Below, one piece after another: positions 1 through 9,601 of a stretch of 64,000 nt of DNA. Position numbers and translations under genes: made by a program. The number at the start of each line of letters is the position of its first letter. The stretch's first letter is position 1. This DNA comes from Actinomycetes bacterium (GTDB lineage Bacteria > Actinomycetota > Acidimicrobiia > Acidimicrobiales > GCA-2861595). The notes under the pieces were generated by a model. That model searched no databases. It saw nothing but the letters and a program-made list of their open reading frames with translations, and had not been told where the DNA came from. The stretch covers positions 7,219 through 71,218 of the forward strand of contig JAHFUS010000008.1 of the NCBI GenBank assembly GCA_023264975.1, written 5' to 3'.

Positions 1-806
1 ACGCGCGAGAGCAGCGGAGGCGGCGGGGCGAGCGGGTCGCCCTGGTGTTCCAGGAGCCGATGACCCGGCTCGACCCGCTGCAACGGGTCGAGGCGCACTT
101 CGTCGAGACCATCCGCGCCCATCGCCCCAAGGTCTCCCGCCGGGAGGCGAAGGCGACGGCCCGCCGGGCGCTGGCGGGCGTGCGTATCTCCCCCACCCGG
201 GCTCGCAACTACCCACACGAGTTCTCCGGCGGCATGCGCCAGCGCATCATGATCGCCCTGTCGATCGTGCTGGAGCCGGCGGTGCTGATCGCCGACGAGC
301 CGACCACCAGCCTCGACGTGATCGTCGAGGCGCAGATCCTCGAGATCCTCGACGAGCTCCGGGCCCGGCTCGAGATGGGGCTCCTCTTGATCACCCACAA
401 CCTCGGCATCGTGGCCGAGAGCTGCGACCGGATGGCCGTGATGTACGCCGGCAAGATCGTGGAGGTGGGACCGGTCGACACGGTCTTCGCCAGCCCCCGC
501 CATCCCTACACCGAGGGCCTGCTGACCAGCGTCATCAGCCTCGACACCACCCGGCTGTCGTCCATCCCGGGGACGCCGCCCGACCTGCTGAGCCCGCCGC
601 CCGGCTGCCGCTTCGCCCGCCGGTGCCCGTTCGCCATGGAGGTCTGCCGCGAGGTGGAGCCCCGCCTGACGGCCGCGGGCATCGGCTCCCAGGTGGCATG
701 CCATCTCCATGCCGGCGCCGACCCGCGTAACCCCGACGGGGCATGGGTGCCCGAAGGCCGGCGGACCAGCCTCGACGACCCGCCGCTGCCGGCGGTGCGA
801 CGGTGA
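1..806 (+). CDS. Oligopeptide/dipeptide ABC transporter ATP-binding protein (OppD/DppD-like), 5' partial
   Basis: The frame is open to the window edge. Motifs: ABC signature FSGGMRQRIMIA, Walker B LIADEPTTSLD, H-loop ITHNLG, and an Opp-type C-terminal Cys motif GCRFARRCPF...VACHL. Confidence 0.85.
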   Translation, partial: AREQRRRRGERVALVFQEPMTRLDPLQRVEAHFVETIRAHRPKVSRREAKATARRALAGVRISPTRARNYPHEFSGGMRQRIMIALSIVLEPAVLIADEPTTSLDVIVEAQILEILDELRARLEMGLLLITHNLGIVAESCDRMAVMYAGKIVEVGPVDTVFASPRHPYTEGLLTSVISLDTTRLSSIPGTPPDLLSPPPGCRFARRCPFAMEVCREVEPRLTAAGIGSQVACHLHAGADPRNPDGAWVPEGRRTSLDDPPLPAVRR

Positions 807-2101
807 CCGCCCAGGCGACGGACCTGCCGGGACCGGCCGCGCTGGTGCGCCTGCGGGGCGTGAGCACCCACTTCCCCGTGCGATCGGGGTTCTTCGGCTC
901 CCTGGTGGGATCGCCGTCGGCCTGGGTGAAGGCGGTCGACGGCGTGGACCTCGACATCTACCCGGGCGAGGTATTCGGCGTGGTGGGCGAGAGCGGCAGC
1001 GGGAAGACCACGCTGGGCCGTACCATCCTGCGGCTCGTCGAGCCTATGGCGGGGAGCGTGGAGTACGACGGCGAGGACATCGCCCACTGGAACGAGGCCC
1101 GGCTGCGGCCCCTGCGCCGCCAGATCCAGCTGGTGTTCCAGGACCCGAACGCGGCGCTCAACCCGGCCATGACCATCGGTGAGGGGGTGGCGCACCCGCT
1201 GCGCATCCACGGGCTCGCCACCTCGCGAGCCGACGCCCGCCGCCAGGCGGCCGAGATGCTCGAGCGGGTGGGCATCGCCCCCGCCGGCGCCTTCCTCGAC
1301 CGCTATCCCGACGACCTGTCGGGAGGCCAGAAGCAGCGGGTCGTCATCGCCCGCGCCCTTATCACCCGGCCCCGACTCGTCGTGGCGGACGAGCCGGTGG
1401 CGATGCTCGACATGAGCGTTCGGGCCATGATCCTCGAGCTCATGCTCGACCTCCAGCGGGAGTTCGGGCTGACCTACGTCTTCATCACCCACGACCTCGC
1501 CACCGCCAAGTTCGTGTGTGACCGCATCGCCATCATGTACCTCGGGAAGGTGGTGGAGACCGGCGCCGCCGCACCCATCTACGCCCGGCCCGCCCATCCA
1601 TACACGACGTCACTCCTCGGCGCCGTACCCCGGCCCGACCCCAGCCGGCGGACGCGCACGAAGGAGCTCCCGGCGGGCGAGGTCCCCGACGCCGTCGACC
1701 CACCCCGGGGCTGCCGGTTCCATCCCCGTTGTCCGAAGGCCTTCGAGCCGTGCGGGTGGGAGGGACGGGATGTGCGGGACCTGTTCGAGGCCCGGTGGGC
1801 GGCGGACCCCACCGCCCACGAGCGGGAATCGCCGATCGTCGGACCACTCGGAAGGGTGTCGGTGTCACCCGACGCCGCCGTCTTTCCCCGCGGCGGAGAG
1901 CGCTTGCGCGGCCTTCTGGAGCAGCTGCGGGCCGAGGCCCCCGACAGCGGGATATGGAGCGCGGTGAGGTCGATCTCGACCGACGGCGGCGCGGTGGTGG
2001 TCCGCTTCGGTCCAGGCCCCGAGCCGGCGCTGCAGGACGTCGATCACCGCCAGGTCGCGTGCCACCTCCACGGGGTGACCGAAGCCGGCGCCGGGAGGTG
2101 A
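803..2101 (+). CDS. Oligopeptide/dipeptide ABC transporter ATP-binding protein (OppF/DppF-like) with an insertion in the C-terminal Cys-rich domain
   Basis: GTG at 803 overlaps the upstream stop (GTGA, 803-806). Motifs: Walker A GESGSGKTT, signature LSGGQKQR, Walker B VVADEPVAMLD. About 100 residues separate GCRFHPRCP..EPC from VACHL. Confidence 0.85.
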   Translation: MTAQATDLPGPAALVRLRGVSTHFPVRSGFFGSLVGSPSAWVKAVDGVDLDIYPGEVFGVVGESGSGKTTLGRTILRLVEPMAGSVEYDGEDIAHWNEARLRPLRRQIQLVFQDPNAALNPAMTIGEGVAHPLRIHGLATSRADARRQAAEMLERVGIAPAGAFLDRYPDDLSGGQKQRVVIARALITRPRLVVADEPVAMLDMSVRAMILELMLDLQREFGLTYVFITHDLATAKFVCDRIAIMYLGKVVETGAAAPIYARPAHPYTTSLLGAVPRPDPSRRTRTKELPAGEVPDAVDPPRGCRFHPRCPKAFEPCGWEGRDVRDLFEARWAADPTAHERESPIVGPLGRVSVSPDAAVFPRGGERLRGLLEQLRAEAPDSGIWSAVRSISTDGGAVVVRFGPGPEPALQDVDHRQVACHLHGVTEAGAGR

Positions 2102-2139
2102 CCCGAGGGGGGAGATCAGGCGGTGTCGCGGCGCCACAG

Positions 2140-5100
2140 CTATTGCAACGACACGATCGTGATGTCCGGGGCAACGGCGGAATCGAGGGAGTAGCCGACC
2201 CAGCCGAGATAGCGCTTGCCCGCATCAAGGCCACGCCACTTGGCGGTCAGTTGCGTGGGCGCGGCCTGCGCGACGGTGGTTGGGCTCGGGGAGACGGTCA
2301 GGTTGCCGGCGTCGACCGTTCCGATGACCCACGATGTGTACTTGTAAGAACCGCCGCTGCCTGTCTCGTAGCCGTTGACGTAAGCGGTGTACGTGCCCGG
2401 TACCGGGTTGCGCACGGTCACCTGCTCGTCGGCGTCTGCCGATGCGCTGTAGTCGAAGAACACGCCGTCCTTGTAGACGTACAGATCCAGGTCGTCGTTG
2501 TTGCTCGTGGTATCGACGTCGAACCGGAGCACCGAGGCTCCTGCCGCCGCCGACACGACGACTGTGTAGGACTTGGTCGAGGCGCCCACACTGGGTGCGC
2601 GAAGATCGAACGGCCCCGTCGCCACCGAATCGCTGGTCGGCGTCGACCCCACCAGGCCAGTCACCGAAGACGTCAGCGTTCCAGTGACACCCGGCGTCAC
2701 ATTGAACTGCTGCGATCCGGAGCCTGAGCCGACCGCACCGGTGATCTCCCGTGGAGCCGAGATGGCCACCGGTCGAACGGCCACCGGAATTCGCACTCGG
2801 TGGGTGCTGCCTTGAAACGTGATCTTGCCCTTGGCGTACTGGCCGAGCCTTCCGTCGGCATAGGTGATCGCCAATGACACGGTCCGCGAGGCACCCGCGG
2901 CCAACGTGAACGTGGAGGGAGTGGCCACGATCGAGAGGCCCGGCACGCCGGCGCTCACCGTGTAGGACTCGGACGAGGAGGAAACGTTCGTCACGGCGCG
3001 GGTGACGGTCCGGCTCCCAGCCATCGCGCCGATGGCGATGGACGCCTGGTTGAGATCTGGGCCGTCGAGCGGTGTCAGGGTGTCGTTGGGCGGCAGGAAG
3101 CGCACCCCGAGTGACACCATGTAGCGGCGCCAATCCACCGCAGCCGCGTCGAACACCAGCCCCGGGTCGAGAGCACCGTTCGGTTGGACGAAGCCGGCGC
3201 CCTGGTCGAACGGGTCGTCGGTCGACACGTGATCGCGAGTGGTCGTCATCAGCGCGGACTTGACCGCTGCCGGCGACCACGTGGGGTGCTTGGCCCGAAC
3301 GAGCGCAGCAAGACCTGCAATGTGCGGGGAGGCCATCGACGTACCTGAGAGGTAGTCGTAGCTCCGGCCGAAGTGGAACGGCGGCGCAACGGCAGCGACG
3401 ACGTCGACGCCCGGCGCCGAGATGTCCGGCTTGAGGATGTCGCCGCCCGTGGTTGTTGACGGACCACGCGACGAGAACGCCGCCACCTCGGGAACCTGCG
3501 TGGTCGACTCGCCCGGGTTCACGGCCGTGATCGCACCCGTGGCCGAGGAACCCTGGGCCGCTATATATGCCAGGATGGCGGTTCGAGCGACGTCGGGCAC
3601 ATGGACCGTCGGAACCGCGTGGAAGTCACCGTTGAGCGAGTTCGGGCTCGTGTTGGTGAGCACCATCCCGGCGCCCCCCGCCCGCTTCACCTCAAAGCTC
3701 TTGGCGATGCGGGCAATGACACCGCGGTCGCACTGGACGAGCTTTCCGGCGGTCTTGACCGGGTCGAGCGAACCGGGGTAACAGAGAGCGGCGTCGTGTG
3801 CGCTCGCAGTTGCGGTCCTGGCCGACAGCGAGGTCACGAGGGGCTTGACCGGAAGCGTTGCCGTGGTGGACGCCCCGACGAACCGCTTCCCGTTGCCAAG
3901 CTCGATCGCCTTCTCGGAGATGCGGAACGTGCTCGCCGCAACCGTGGTCAGCCAGGGGCTGGGGTGGTCGAGCGTGCTTGCGTCCGGTCCGCTGTTGCCA
4001 GCCGAGTTGGCCACGAAAACGTTGCTGTTCGCAGCAGCGCGGTAGGCCTGCTCGACCGCGCTCAGAACGCTGCTCTCGGTGCTGCCACCGACGGAGTAGT
4101 TGATGACGTCGACGCCGTCGGCAACAGCGTCGTTGATGGCTGCGACGGAATCGGTGTTGAAGCAGCCGTCATCTCCACCTGGCGCCGCCGTCCAGCAGAT
4201 CTTGTAGGCCGCGACGCGGGCGCCTGGCGCCATGCCGGACGCGGTCCCCTGGGGAGCGCCGTCGATACTGACTCCGGGAACACGGTTTCCGGCAGCGGTT
4301 GAGGCCGTGTGGGAGCCGTGACCGTCGCCATCACGTGGGGAGAGGTATTCCTCGTGGGCGATGTTCTTCTTGCCGAAGCCGCTGACGTAGTAGCGCGCCC
4401 CGATCAGCTTGTCGTTGCAGTTCTGCGAGCTGAAGAGCTCGCCTTGGACACAGGCGCCGAACCACTTGCCGCGCAGCCCTGTCGCCTCGACCGGATGACC
4501 GGCCGTGTCGCGCTTGAGCTCGCCGCCGGCAAATGAAGGGCTCTCTGGCCAGATGCCGGTGTCGATGACGCCGACGATGATGCTCCGTCCGGCCGTAGTG
4601 TTGCCGCCGAGCTGGCTCCAGGCTCCTCCTGTGGCGCCGAGCCCGAGGAACTCCGGCGAGTAGGTCGTGGTGATCTTCGCCAGAGCGTCCTTCTCGAGCG
4701 AAACGACGTCCTTGGCGCCCGAGAGCTTGCGAGCCTGCGAAGAACTCAGCTCGACGGCGACGCCGTTGTTGGTGACCGAGTAGTCGTAGAGCTTTGTGGC
4801 GCCGACTGCAGCCAAGGCGGCATCGTGGATCTGCGCGAGACGTCCGCGGTAGCGGATGACCTCGCCCCGGGTCGGGTCGAGCTTGTGTCCGGGTGCCGGG
4901 CGCGTGGGCGCGTACCCGGCGATACCGCCCTCGTAGGAGGCGGCTGGCTCATCGGCAAAGGTGACGATGTAGCGGCCCGCGGTGACGGCCTTGTCGTCGG
5001 CCGCGGCCTTCGACGACGGTGCGGCGTCCGGTTCGGCGGATGCGGTCGGCGTTGTCGCGGCGAGGCCGGCGATGGCAAGCGCCGCCGCCGCGGCTGCCGC

Positions 5101-5142
5101 CAAAGAGCGCCGGCTGCCCGCTAATCGAGGGATCGATGGCAC
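2140..5142 (-). CDS. Secreted subtilisin-like serine protease (S8 family; I9 propeptide, PA-type insert, C-terminal pre-peptidase-type domain)
   Basis: GTG start with AAGGA about 8 nt upstream. Signal peptide ends ...PTASA. Triad motifs: VGVIDTGI (Asp), GHGSHTASTAAG (His), SGTSMASPHIAG (Ser). C-terminal DLDLYVY...GTYTAYVNGY. Confidence 0.9.
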   Translation of the reverse strand: MPSIPRLAGSRRSLAAAAAAALAIAGLAATTPTASAEPDAAPSSKAAADDKAVTAGRYIVTFADEPAASYEGGIAGYAPTRPAPGHKLDPTRGEVIRYRGRLAQIHDAALAAVGATKLYDYSVTNNGVAVELSSSQARKLSGAKDVVSLEKDALAKITTTYSPEFLGLGATGGAWSQLGGNTTAGRSIIVGVIDTGIWPESPSFAGGELKRDTAGHPVEATGLRGKWFGACVQGELFSSQNCNDKLIGARYYVSGFGKKNIAHEEYLSPRDGDGHGSHTASTAAGNRVPGVSIDGAPQGTASGMAPGARVAAYKICWTAAPGGDDGCFNTDSVAAINDAVADGVDVINYSVGGSTESSVLSAVEQAYRAAANSNVFVANSAGNSGPDASTLDHPSPWLTTVAASTFRISEKAIELGNGKRFVGASTTATLPVKPLVTSLSARTATASAHDAALCYPGSLDPVKTAGKLVQCDRGVIARIAKSFEVKRAGGAGMVLTNTSPNSLNGDFHAVPTVHVPDVARTAILAYIAAQGSSATGAITAVNPGESTTQVPEVAAFSSRGPSTTTGGDILKPDISAPGVDVVAAVAPPFHFGRSYDYLSGTSMASPHIAGLAALVRAKHPTWSPAAVKSALMTTTRDHVSTDDPFDQGAGFVQPNGALDPGLVFDAAAVDWRRYMVSLGVRFLPPNDTLTPLDGPDLNQASIAIGAMAGSRTVTRAVTNVSSSSESYTVSAGVPGLSIVATPSTFTLAAGASRTVSLAITYADGRLGQYAKGKITFQGSTHRVRIPVAVRPVAISAPREITGAVGSGSGSQQFNVTPGVTGTLTSSVTGLVGSTPTSDSVATGPFDLRAPSVGASTKSYTVVVSAAAGASVLRFDVDTTSNNDDLDLYVYKDGVFFDYSASADADEQVTVRNPVPGTYTAYVNGYETGSGGSYKYTSWVIGTVDAGNLTVSPSPTTVAQAAPTQLTAKWRGLDAGKRYLGWVGYSLDSAVAPDITIVSLQ

Positions 5143-5382
5143 GCGAAGTCCTTTCGGGAGACCGGAACCAAGGGCGCAACTCCCTCAGACATCGCATCTG
5201 TTCGGGCCTGAGCGCCTTGGGCGGCGGTAGCCGACACGGCCGCCGGTGGTGAACAACTCGACGGCGCGGGGTCGGCCGTCGACGTCCATTGTATCCCTTT
5301 TGGTGCCGTCCGTTCCTCCTGCGTGACGTTGCAAGAGCGCTGCCGGTTGCCGGGGCCGTGAGGTGCGACAGCCGACCGAGGG

Positions 5383-6021
5383 CTACCGGCAGTCCACGCA
5401 GAGCTCGGAGCCGGGTACGAACTGCCCGGGCGCCTTGTGCATCCGGCACGTCGGGCAGACCCGCGTGAGGTCCGGCTTGCTCCTCGGGGCGGTGACCGCC
5501 TTCGGCTTGGTGGCACGGGGCGTGCGGGCGGGCGCCGTCCGGTTCGTCCTGGCCGTCGCCGGCCGCGCGGGGGCGACGGGGGGAAGCGGCTCCGCCGGCA
5601 GGGGGAAGGGCGGGTCGGCGAGCATCAGGTCGCCCTCGAGGAAGGCGTCGTCGACCTCCTCGGGCACGTCCTGGTACCAGTTGCCCGTCTCGAAGCGCGT
5701 CGGGATGCGGCCTTCGGTGCGGAAGTACTGGTTGGGCCGGGACCCGGCCCCGAGCCGGTACCCGACGACCCAGCGCCGGCCCTTGGTCCATCGCACCAGG
5801 TACAGTTCGGGATTGCGCCACACGCCGGCTGCCACGCCGGTCGGCCCGTAGGCGGCGGCGCCCACGGGCGACGCCTCCTCCACCAGGCCCAGGGTGCGAA
5901 GTACCGCGCTGCCGGGGTCGCCCTTCACCGGCTCGATAAGGCTGATTCGCCGGCCTTCGATGTCGACGGCGAGCTTTTGACTGCGCAGGGTCTCCACCGC
6001 ATCCGCCATCGCGTCGTCCAC
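5383..6021 (-). CDS. Hypothetical protein with Pro/Ala/Arg-rich linker and C-terminal CxxC...CxxC zinc ribbon
   Basis: 212-aa ORF that no other supported gene overlaps. C-terminus is VCPTCRMH...LCVDCR. I recognise no family for the N-terminal ~130 aa. Confidence 0.5.
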   Translation of the reverse strand: MDDAMADAVETLRSQKLAVDIEGRRISLIEPVKGDPGSAVLRTLGLVEEASPVGAAAYGPTGVAAGVWRNPELYLVRWTKGRRWVVGYRLGAGSRPNQYFRTEGRIPTRFETGNWYQDVPEEVDDAFLEGDLMLADPPFPLPAEPLPPVAPARPATARTNRTAPARTPRATKPKAVTAPRSKPDLTRVCPTCRMHKAPGQFVPGSELCVDCR

Positions 6022-6172
6022 CCCCTCATGTTGCCCGCCGCACCGGGCCCGTGACCATGTGGGCCGCGTCGGCGCTGGTCAGGGCGTGCAGAGGTCGGCC
6101 GGCGAATCGAGGCAGCGGAGGCGGCGGCGGGCGGTCCCGAGCGCCGGGGCCAGGCTCAGGGGCGGAGTCGGC

Positions 6173-6916
6173 TCAGGAGTGGTCGCCCGGGCCGAGCAGG
6201 ATCTCGATATGGGAGGCGGGCATGTCCCGCGACACGACGGCCGCTGCGACGTCGGTCAGCTTGACGTTGTGCCCACGAGCGTAGGAACGCAGCCGCCGGA
6301 AGGCCTCGTCCACCCCAACGCCCGCCCGCTCCGCGATGACGCCTTTGGCCTGTTCGATGGTGATGCGACTGTCCAGGGCGCCCTGGAGCTGCGTAGTCAG
6401 CCGGTTGGCGTCGTCGGCCGCCCGGTCCTGCAGCAGCGCGATGGTGGCGGCGTGGGCGAACGCCTGGGCGAGGGCGACGTCAGCGGTGGCCAGCGGTCCG
6501 GCCTCGCCCATGAAGAGATTGAGGGTCCCGAGCACGGTGTCGCGGACCCCCATCGGAAACGCGTGCACCGATGGCAGCCCAGCCTCGACGGCCTTGGGCC
6601 CGAAGACGGGCCAGGGGCTGTTGGTCCCCAGATCGCCATGGACCACCGCTTTCCCGGTCCGGAACGCGTCGAGGCAGGGGCCTTCGTCGTTCTGGATCTG
6701 GAACAGCTCGAGCAAGTTGGCCCGCTCGCTCGACGCGGCGACGACATGAAGGTTTGGGTGGACGTCAGCGAGCAGGATCCCCGTCGCCGAGGCGCCGAGG
6801 AGGTCCACGCAGCGGCCGCTCAACATGGTCATCACGTCGATGACGTCGAAGTCCTCGACGAGGGTGTCGGCCAACTGCACGAAGGTGTCAGCTAGCAGCT
6901 CTTCACGGCTTGCCAC
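6173..6916 (-). CDS. GAF domain + ANTAR domain RNA-binding antiterminator-type regulator
   Basis: N-terminal GAF-like region (EGPCLDAFRTGKAV). C-terminal ANTAR pattern: ALDSRITIEQAKGVIAERAGVGVDEAFRRLRSYARGHNVKL. Confidence 0.85.
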   Translation of the reverse strand: MASREELLADTFVQLADTLVEDFDVIDVMTMLSGRCVDLLGASATGILLADVHPNLHVVAASSERANLLELFQIQNDEGPCLDAFRTGKAVVHGDLGTNSPWPVFGPKAVEAGLPSVHAFPMGVRDTVLGTLNLFMGEAGPLATADVALAQAFAHAATIALLQDRAADDANRLTTQLQGALDSRITIEQAKGVIAERAGVGVDEAFRRLRSYARGHNVKLTDVAAAVVSRDMPASHIEILLGPGDHS

Positions 6917-7163
6917 GTCGCACTTCCTTTCCTTGTACCCGCCACGATTCTACGGCGGTTCCCAGCGAGGGATGGGGCGGCGCGGAATCGTTCGGCGCCC
7001 AGGCAGCATGTCGGCGGCCTTGCGCCGTGTCGGCCGCGAAACAGCCGACCGATGAGGAACCCTGGCCTGCCCACCTCCAGATACCGCGGAGCCGGCGGTG
7101 GGGGTGCACTCCGACGAGAAGCCGTCTGCTGCCCTTTGAGGGACCGGGCCTACCCTGCGTGCG

Positions 7164-8054
7164 ATGACCCTGGAACCGCCCGACGACCTGGCCCGCCGAC
7201 TCCCAGTTGAGGCGGATCGGCGGGGCGGGAGCATCGACGACGTCGGGTCCGAGATCCTCGCCGCCGGGCTCCCGCCCGAAGACCTGGAACGACCGGCGGC
7301 TGAGGGGATCGGCTTCAGTGGGATCGCAACCGCAAGGGACCACGGCGCTGGGGTCGACAGCCGCACCGTGGGGGTGCGGGCTGCGCTGATAGGTATCGAA
7401 TCCGGGCAATCGTCATGGAACCAGGTATGTGTGGCGTGCGCCGAAGCGCTGTTGGTCACCGGCGCCGGCATCATCCTCCTGGCCGGCGGCGAGCAGCGCA
7501 CTTCGCTCGGGATGTCCGACGAGGTGGCGGGAGTAATCGAGGAGGCCCAGTTCACCCTGGGCGAGGGCCCGTGCGTGGACGCCGCCCGCTCGTCCGCCCC
7601 GGTGCACGCCCCGGACCTGGCCGGTCCGGGGCAGACGAGCTGGCCGACGTTCTCGGCCCGGGCGGTCGACGCCGGCGTGGCGGCCATCTTCGCCCTGCCC
7701 CTCAAGGTGGGTTCCGCCAGACTCGGGGCCATGAACCTGTACCGGGACCGCCCGGGACCGCTGTCCCACGAGCAACTGGAGGCCGCCCTGGCGATAGCGG
7801 ACGTGATGACCCATGCCATCCTTGCCCTGCAGGCGAATGCCCCGGCCGAGGCCCTGGCCGCCGGCCTGGTCGACGTCGGGTTCCGCGCCCAGGTCCACCA
7901 GGCGACGGGGCGGGTCAGTGCCCAGCTCGGCGTCGGCGTCGCCGAGGCACTGGTTCGACTGCGGGCCTTCGCCTACGCGCAGGATCGCCCCATCGACGAG
8001 GTGGCGGCCATGGTGGTGTCCGGCACCCTCCGCTTCGACGACGACTCGCCCTGA
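7164..8054 (+). CDS. GAF domain + ANTAR domain regulator (paralogue of 6173-6916) with ~80-aa N-terminal extension
   Basis: GAF-like LGEGPCVDAARSSAPV. ANTAR pattern FRAQVHQATGRVSAQLGVGVAEALVRLRAFAYAQDRPI. The start codon is uncertain. Confidence 0.8.
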   Translation: MTLEPPDDLARRLPVEADRRGGSIDDVGSEILAAGLPPEDLERPAAEGIGFSGIATARDHGAGVDSRTVGVRAALIGIESGQSSWNQVCVACAEALLVTGAGIILLAGGEQRTSLGMSDEVAGVIEEAQFTLGEGPCVDAARSSAPVHAPDLAGPGQTSWPTFSARAVDAGVAAIFALPLKVGSARLGAMNLYRDRPGPLSHEQLEAALAIADVMTHAILALQANAPAEALAAGLVDVGFRAQVHQATGRVSAQLGVGVAEALVRLRAFAYAQDRPIDEVAAMVVSGTLRFDDDSP

Positions 8055-8244
8055 GCCCCCGGCGTGATTATCGACGCCCGGCGCGAGGACAGCTTCTGAA
8101 GGGGGCGACCGAGGGCCTCGGCGGCAGCCGCCAAGGTCATGCCGATGCGCACCGGACCGAGGCCGCGCAGGTCGAGTCGGAGGCGGTCGGGGGCGATGGC
8201 GGTGGTGGGCGACGACGACGCCACCGAGGCGGTGGCGACGTGGT

Positions 8245-9222
8245 TCAGGGGTTGCGCATCATGAGCCGGAGCCTGGGCCCGAGCCAGGGCTTGCGGCCCC
8301 AAGCCAGCAGCTTCCCGGTGGCGATGGCGGTCCACTGGCTCTGGCGGTCCCACATCACGTCGAGCAAGGCGACGGGGTCGGCCAGGATGTAGCAGTCGAC
8401 CCGGCGGGTGTGCGGCTCAGCCACCGTGACGGCGCCGTCGTCGAACAGGAATTGAGCACGACCGCCGCCACGGAGACGAACCTCGTAGGTGGCCCGTACA
8501 CCGGCTGCCTTCTCCTGGTCCACCATCGAGCGCGGGTCGAGTTGGGAGATGACGGGGAGGAGGAAGCCCTGGATGGCCAGCGCGGCATGACGGCGGTTGC
8601 CGGGCCACGGCCGCCCTGCGGCTCGGGCGATGTCGGCGCCGTGCATGACCGTCTCGTTGAGCAGGTGGCAGGTGAAGGTGCACTGGTCGACGGTGGTGCC
8701 GGCCACCATCCACGGCGAGCGGTCGTCCCCCGACCGGCTCTCGCATTCACCGAAGTATTCGGCCGCCCGCGCCTCGATCCGGTCGGCCAGCACTTTCGGG
8801 TCTCGCTCGGGGTCATTGCCCACCGCCTCCGTCGTGGTGGCGCCCAACTCCCATACGTCGGCGATCAGCGACTCCCCGTTCCGGCCGCCATGGTCGGGCA
8901 GGACTTCGAAGACGCGCGACAGGTCGCGCCGGGCCATGGCGGGTACGGCCACCCAGGCCTGCGACAGGTGCATGGCCACGCCGCCGAGGTCCCAGTCGCC
9001 GACGGCGTGGCCGTGCGGGTCGCCTACCGAGCGGAGGAGGGCGACGACCCGGGACACCTCGGAACGGAGGGCGGCCTTCGCCGCGGACCACTCCACCGCG
9101 TACGCGCTCGCCACCGATGCCCCCTTGGCTGCCGGTGCCCGGCCGGAAGGCCGCCAAGCTACCCGCGGGCCAGCCGAAACCGTGCATTGGCTCTCGTCCT
9201 GAGCGGAAACGGGGCGTACCAT
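8245..9222 (-). CDS. DinB/maleylpyruvate-isomerase N-terminal domain (mycothiol-dependent family) protein with SCP2-like C-terminus
   Basis: WDLGGVAMHLSQAW and CHLLNETVMHGADIARA resemble the metal-binding His helices of the TIGR03083-type family. C-terminal GKLLAWGRKPWLGPRL. The start is uncertain; GTG at 9114 is an alternative. Confidence 0.6.
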   Translation of the reverse strand: MVRPVSAQDESQCTVSAGPRVAWRPSGRAPAAKGASVASAYAVEWSAAKAALRSEVSRVVALLRSVGDPHGHAVGDWDLGGVAMHLSQAWVAVPAMARRDLSRVFEVLPDHGGRNGESLIADVWELGATTTEAVGNDPERDPKVLADRIEARAAEYFGECESRSGDDRSPWMVAGTTVDQCTFTCHLLNETVMHGADIARAAGRPWPGNRRHAALAIQGFLLPVISQLDPRSMVDQEKAAGVRATYEVRLRGGGRAQFLFDDGAVTVAEPHTRRVDCYILADPVALLDVMWDRQSQWTAIATGKLLAWGRKPWLGPRLRLMMRNP

Positions 9223-9305
9223 GACGGCAGGAACGAAAGAGGGTGAGGCCCACCGCTCTGTTCGCGAAGGCGTTCGTCGGGCCCGCCGACGGGAACGAGA
9301 GAACC

Positions 9306-9569
9306 ATGATCGGCTTCATCGTGTTCGGGCTGGTGGTCGGAGCGCTGGCCAGGCTCATCGTCCCGGGCAGGCAGGAACTCTCCATCGGCATGACCCTGGT
9401 CCTGGGCGTGGTGGGCTCGGTGATCGGCGGCATCGTCGCCAACGCCATCGGCACCGGCGACATCTTCGAGCTGAACTTCATCGGCTCGGTGGTGGCCATC
9501 GCCGCGTCGGTTGTGCTCATCGTCGGCGGAACGAGGGTCGGGGCGATCCGCCGGCGTTTCTCCCGCTGA
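9306..9569 (+). CDS. GlsB/YeaQ/YmgE (transglycosylase-associated) family small membrane protein
   Basis: MIGFIVFGLVVGALARLIVPG...GVVGSVIGGIVANAIG is a typical Gly-zipper three-helix pattern. I chose the ATG at 9306 rather than the longer ORF start at 9243. Confidence 0.8.
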   Translation: MIGFIVFGLVVGALARLIVPGRQELSIGMTLVLGVVGSVIGGIVANAIGTGDIFELNFIGSVVAIAASVVLIVGGTRVGAIRRRFSR

Positions 9570-9601
9570 CCCTGCGGGCCGCCTGCACTCCGATCCGGCG
9601 G

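Noticed and set aside
7973-8353. 126-aa minus-strand ORF containing GLGPVRIGMTLAAAAEALG, a motif reminiscent of small secreted-protein domains
   Set aside because: It overlaps the 3' ends of both neighbouring supported genes and has no plausible start or RBS for the motif-bearing part. It is at best a decayed fragment.
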